64,000 nucleotides of DNA from Macrostomum hystrix (lineage: Eukaryota > Animalia > Platyhelminthes). Numbering within the stretch: position 1 is the stretch's first letter; each line of letters opens with the position of its first letter. The notes beneath the pieces were generated by a model, which saw only the letters and a list, made by a program, of their open reading frames with translations, was not told the origin of the DNA and did no database searches. A program made the translations under genes and the position numbers. The stretch spans positions 2,418,001 through 2,482,000 of the forward strand of contig CATNEN010000039.1 of NCBI GenBank assembly GCA_950097015.1, read 5' to 3'. This document shows, piece after piece, positions 62,990 to 64,000 of the stretch.

Positions 62990-63950
62990 ATGGCTGGGCG
63001 ACTTAGGGCACCCATGACAATTGTACCCAATGCCAATTTAAGGCCTGCTGACAAACTATGCAACCTGGATGTCACCATGCGCGAGCTGGTGCTGACGACA
63101 TCAGACATGGTGGCGGTCATGCACTGGTTGGCCACATATGGGCTGCTTTGAAACTCCCAAACATGCGACCATTGCCCAGAAGCTCCAGCCATGCGACTGC
63201 AGCACTGAGAGGGAGCCCAATTCATCAACGGCTACGCCTGGGCATGCCCTACCTTCAGGACACAGAAAAAGGCAGTCATAAAGGGCAGTTTTTTTAGGGC
63301 AGCCTACTAACCCTGTGCCAACTGGTGGATTTCATCTACTGGTGGTCATGCTGTACCCCCATTGAAGAAATTGGCTGCCAGTGTCACATTGTCCACCAGA
63401 CCACCATAGACTGGGCAAACTTCTGCTGCGACATATGTTGCCAGTATCTGCTTGACCATCCCATGCAGCTTGGTGGCCCTGGAAGCAAGGTGGAGGTGAA
63501 CAAGTCAAAATTCTTCCATCGGAAATATCACCAGGGTGCTTACCATGAAGGCTATTTGGTGCTTAGGATGGTTGGGTGGGGCACCAACAAGGCCATGATG
63601 GTGCTTGTCCCCAACTGCACTGCCCCGACACTGCTGCCGGTCATTCAGCAGTATGTCTTTCCATGGACACGCATAATAACTGATGGCTGGCAGGCTTACA
63701 ATGGGCTACAGAATCATGTGTCAATAAATCACCGCATGCACTTTGTGGACCCCAATGATCCCACCCTGCACACTAATACCATTGAGGGATCGTGGGCACA
63801 AGTGAAGGACAAGTTTCAGAGAATGCATGGCACAAGTGACACACTATTCGAGACTTACCTGAATGAGTATCTCTGGCACCTCCTCTTCCTAGAGAAGACG
63901 TTTGGCAACTTCCTCTATTGGGTTCCCATTGGGTTGCCCATTACTATTGA
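62990..63950 (+). pseudogene. Decayed Merlin/IS1595 (ISXO2-like DDE) transposase; not in the ORF track
   Basis: Manual translation: zinc-ribbon N-terminus (C..C..W.C), LGGPGSKVEV[NK]SKF..RKYH.G, TLLPVI, ITDGWQAY, NH..HFVDP, HTNTIEGSW, YLNEYLW; stops at 63149 and 63206 and a frameshift near 63295. Confidence 0.9.
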
Positions 63951-64000
63951 TTGTTGGCTACATCCTTTTAAAACTTTTAACTCTGTCATTTTAACTTCCA

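Overview
Eukaryotic (animal) genomic DNA. GC-rich, polyAla/polyGln-rich spliced exons are separated by about 20 distinct mini/microsatellite arrays and by transposon debris. This style suggests a flatworm such as Macrostomum, which is an inference and not proven. Six host genes can be read: a class A peptide-type GPCR (+), CEP192/SPD-2 (-, 7 exons), a p55-type MAGUK (-, 4 exons), CEP164 (+, 3 exons), FBXW4 (-, 5 exons) and an Asx/ASXL DEUBAD protein (-). Mobile DNA comprises a maT-like Tc1/mariner transposase truncated by a minisatellite, two tRNA-derived SINE families, an RTE-type LINE, hAT MITE pieces, a decayed Merlin/IS1595 transposase and a 2.3-kb inverted-repeat-bounded composite carrying a LINE RT/RNase H fragment plus a mariner fragment. 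The most interesting points are: (1) the TIR-bounded composite in the FBXW4 intron; (2) first exons that begin in frame right after a splice acceptor, two of them with no ATG ahead of a long open stretch, consistent with start codons donated by a spliced leader and possibly with operons; (3) private minisatellites filling most introns, apparently seeded from exon or stop boundaries; (4) a CpG-deamination signature in the Merlin copy; (5) an Asx with no visible PHD finger. Most long ORFs in the supplied track are artefacts of the repeats. All gene and family assignments come from motif recognition by eye, with no database search.
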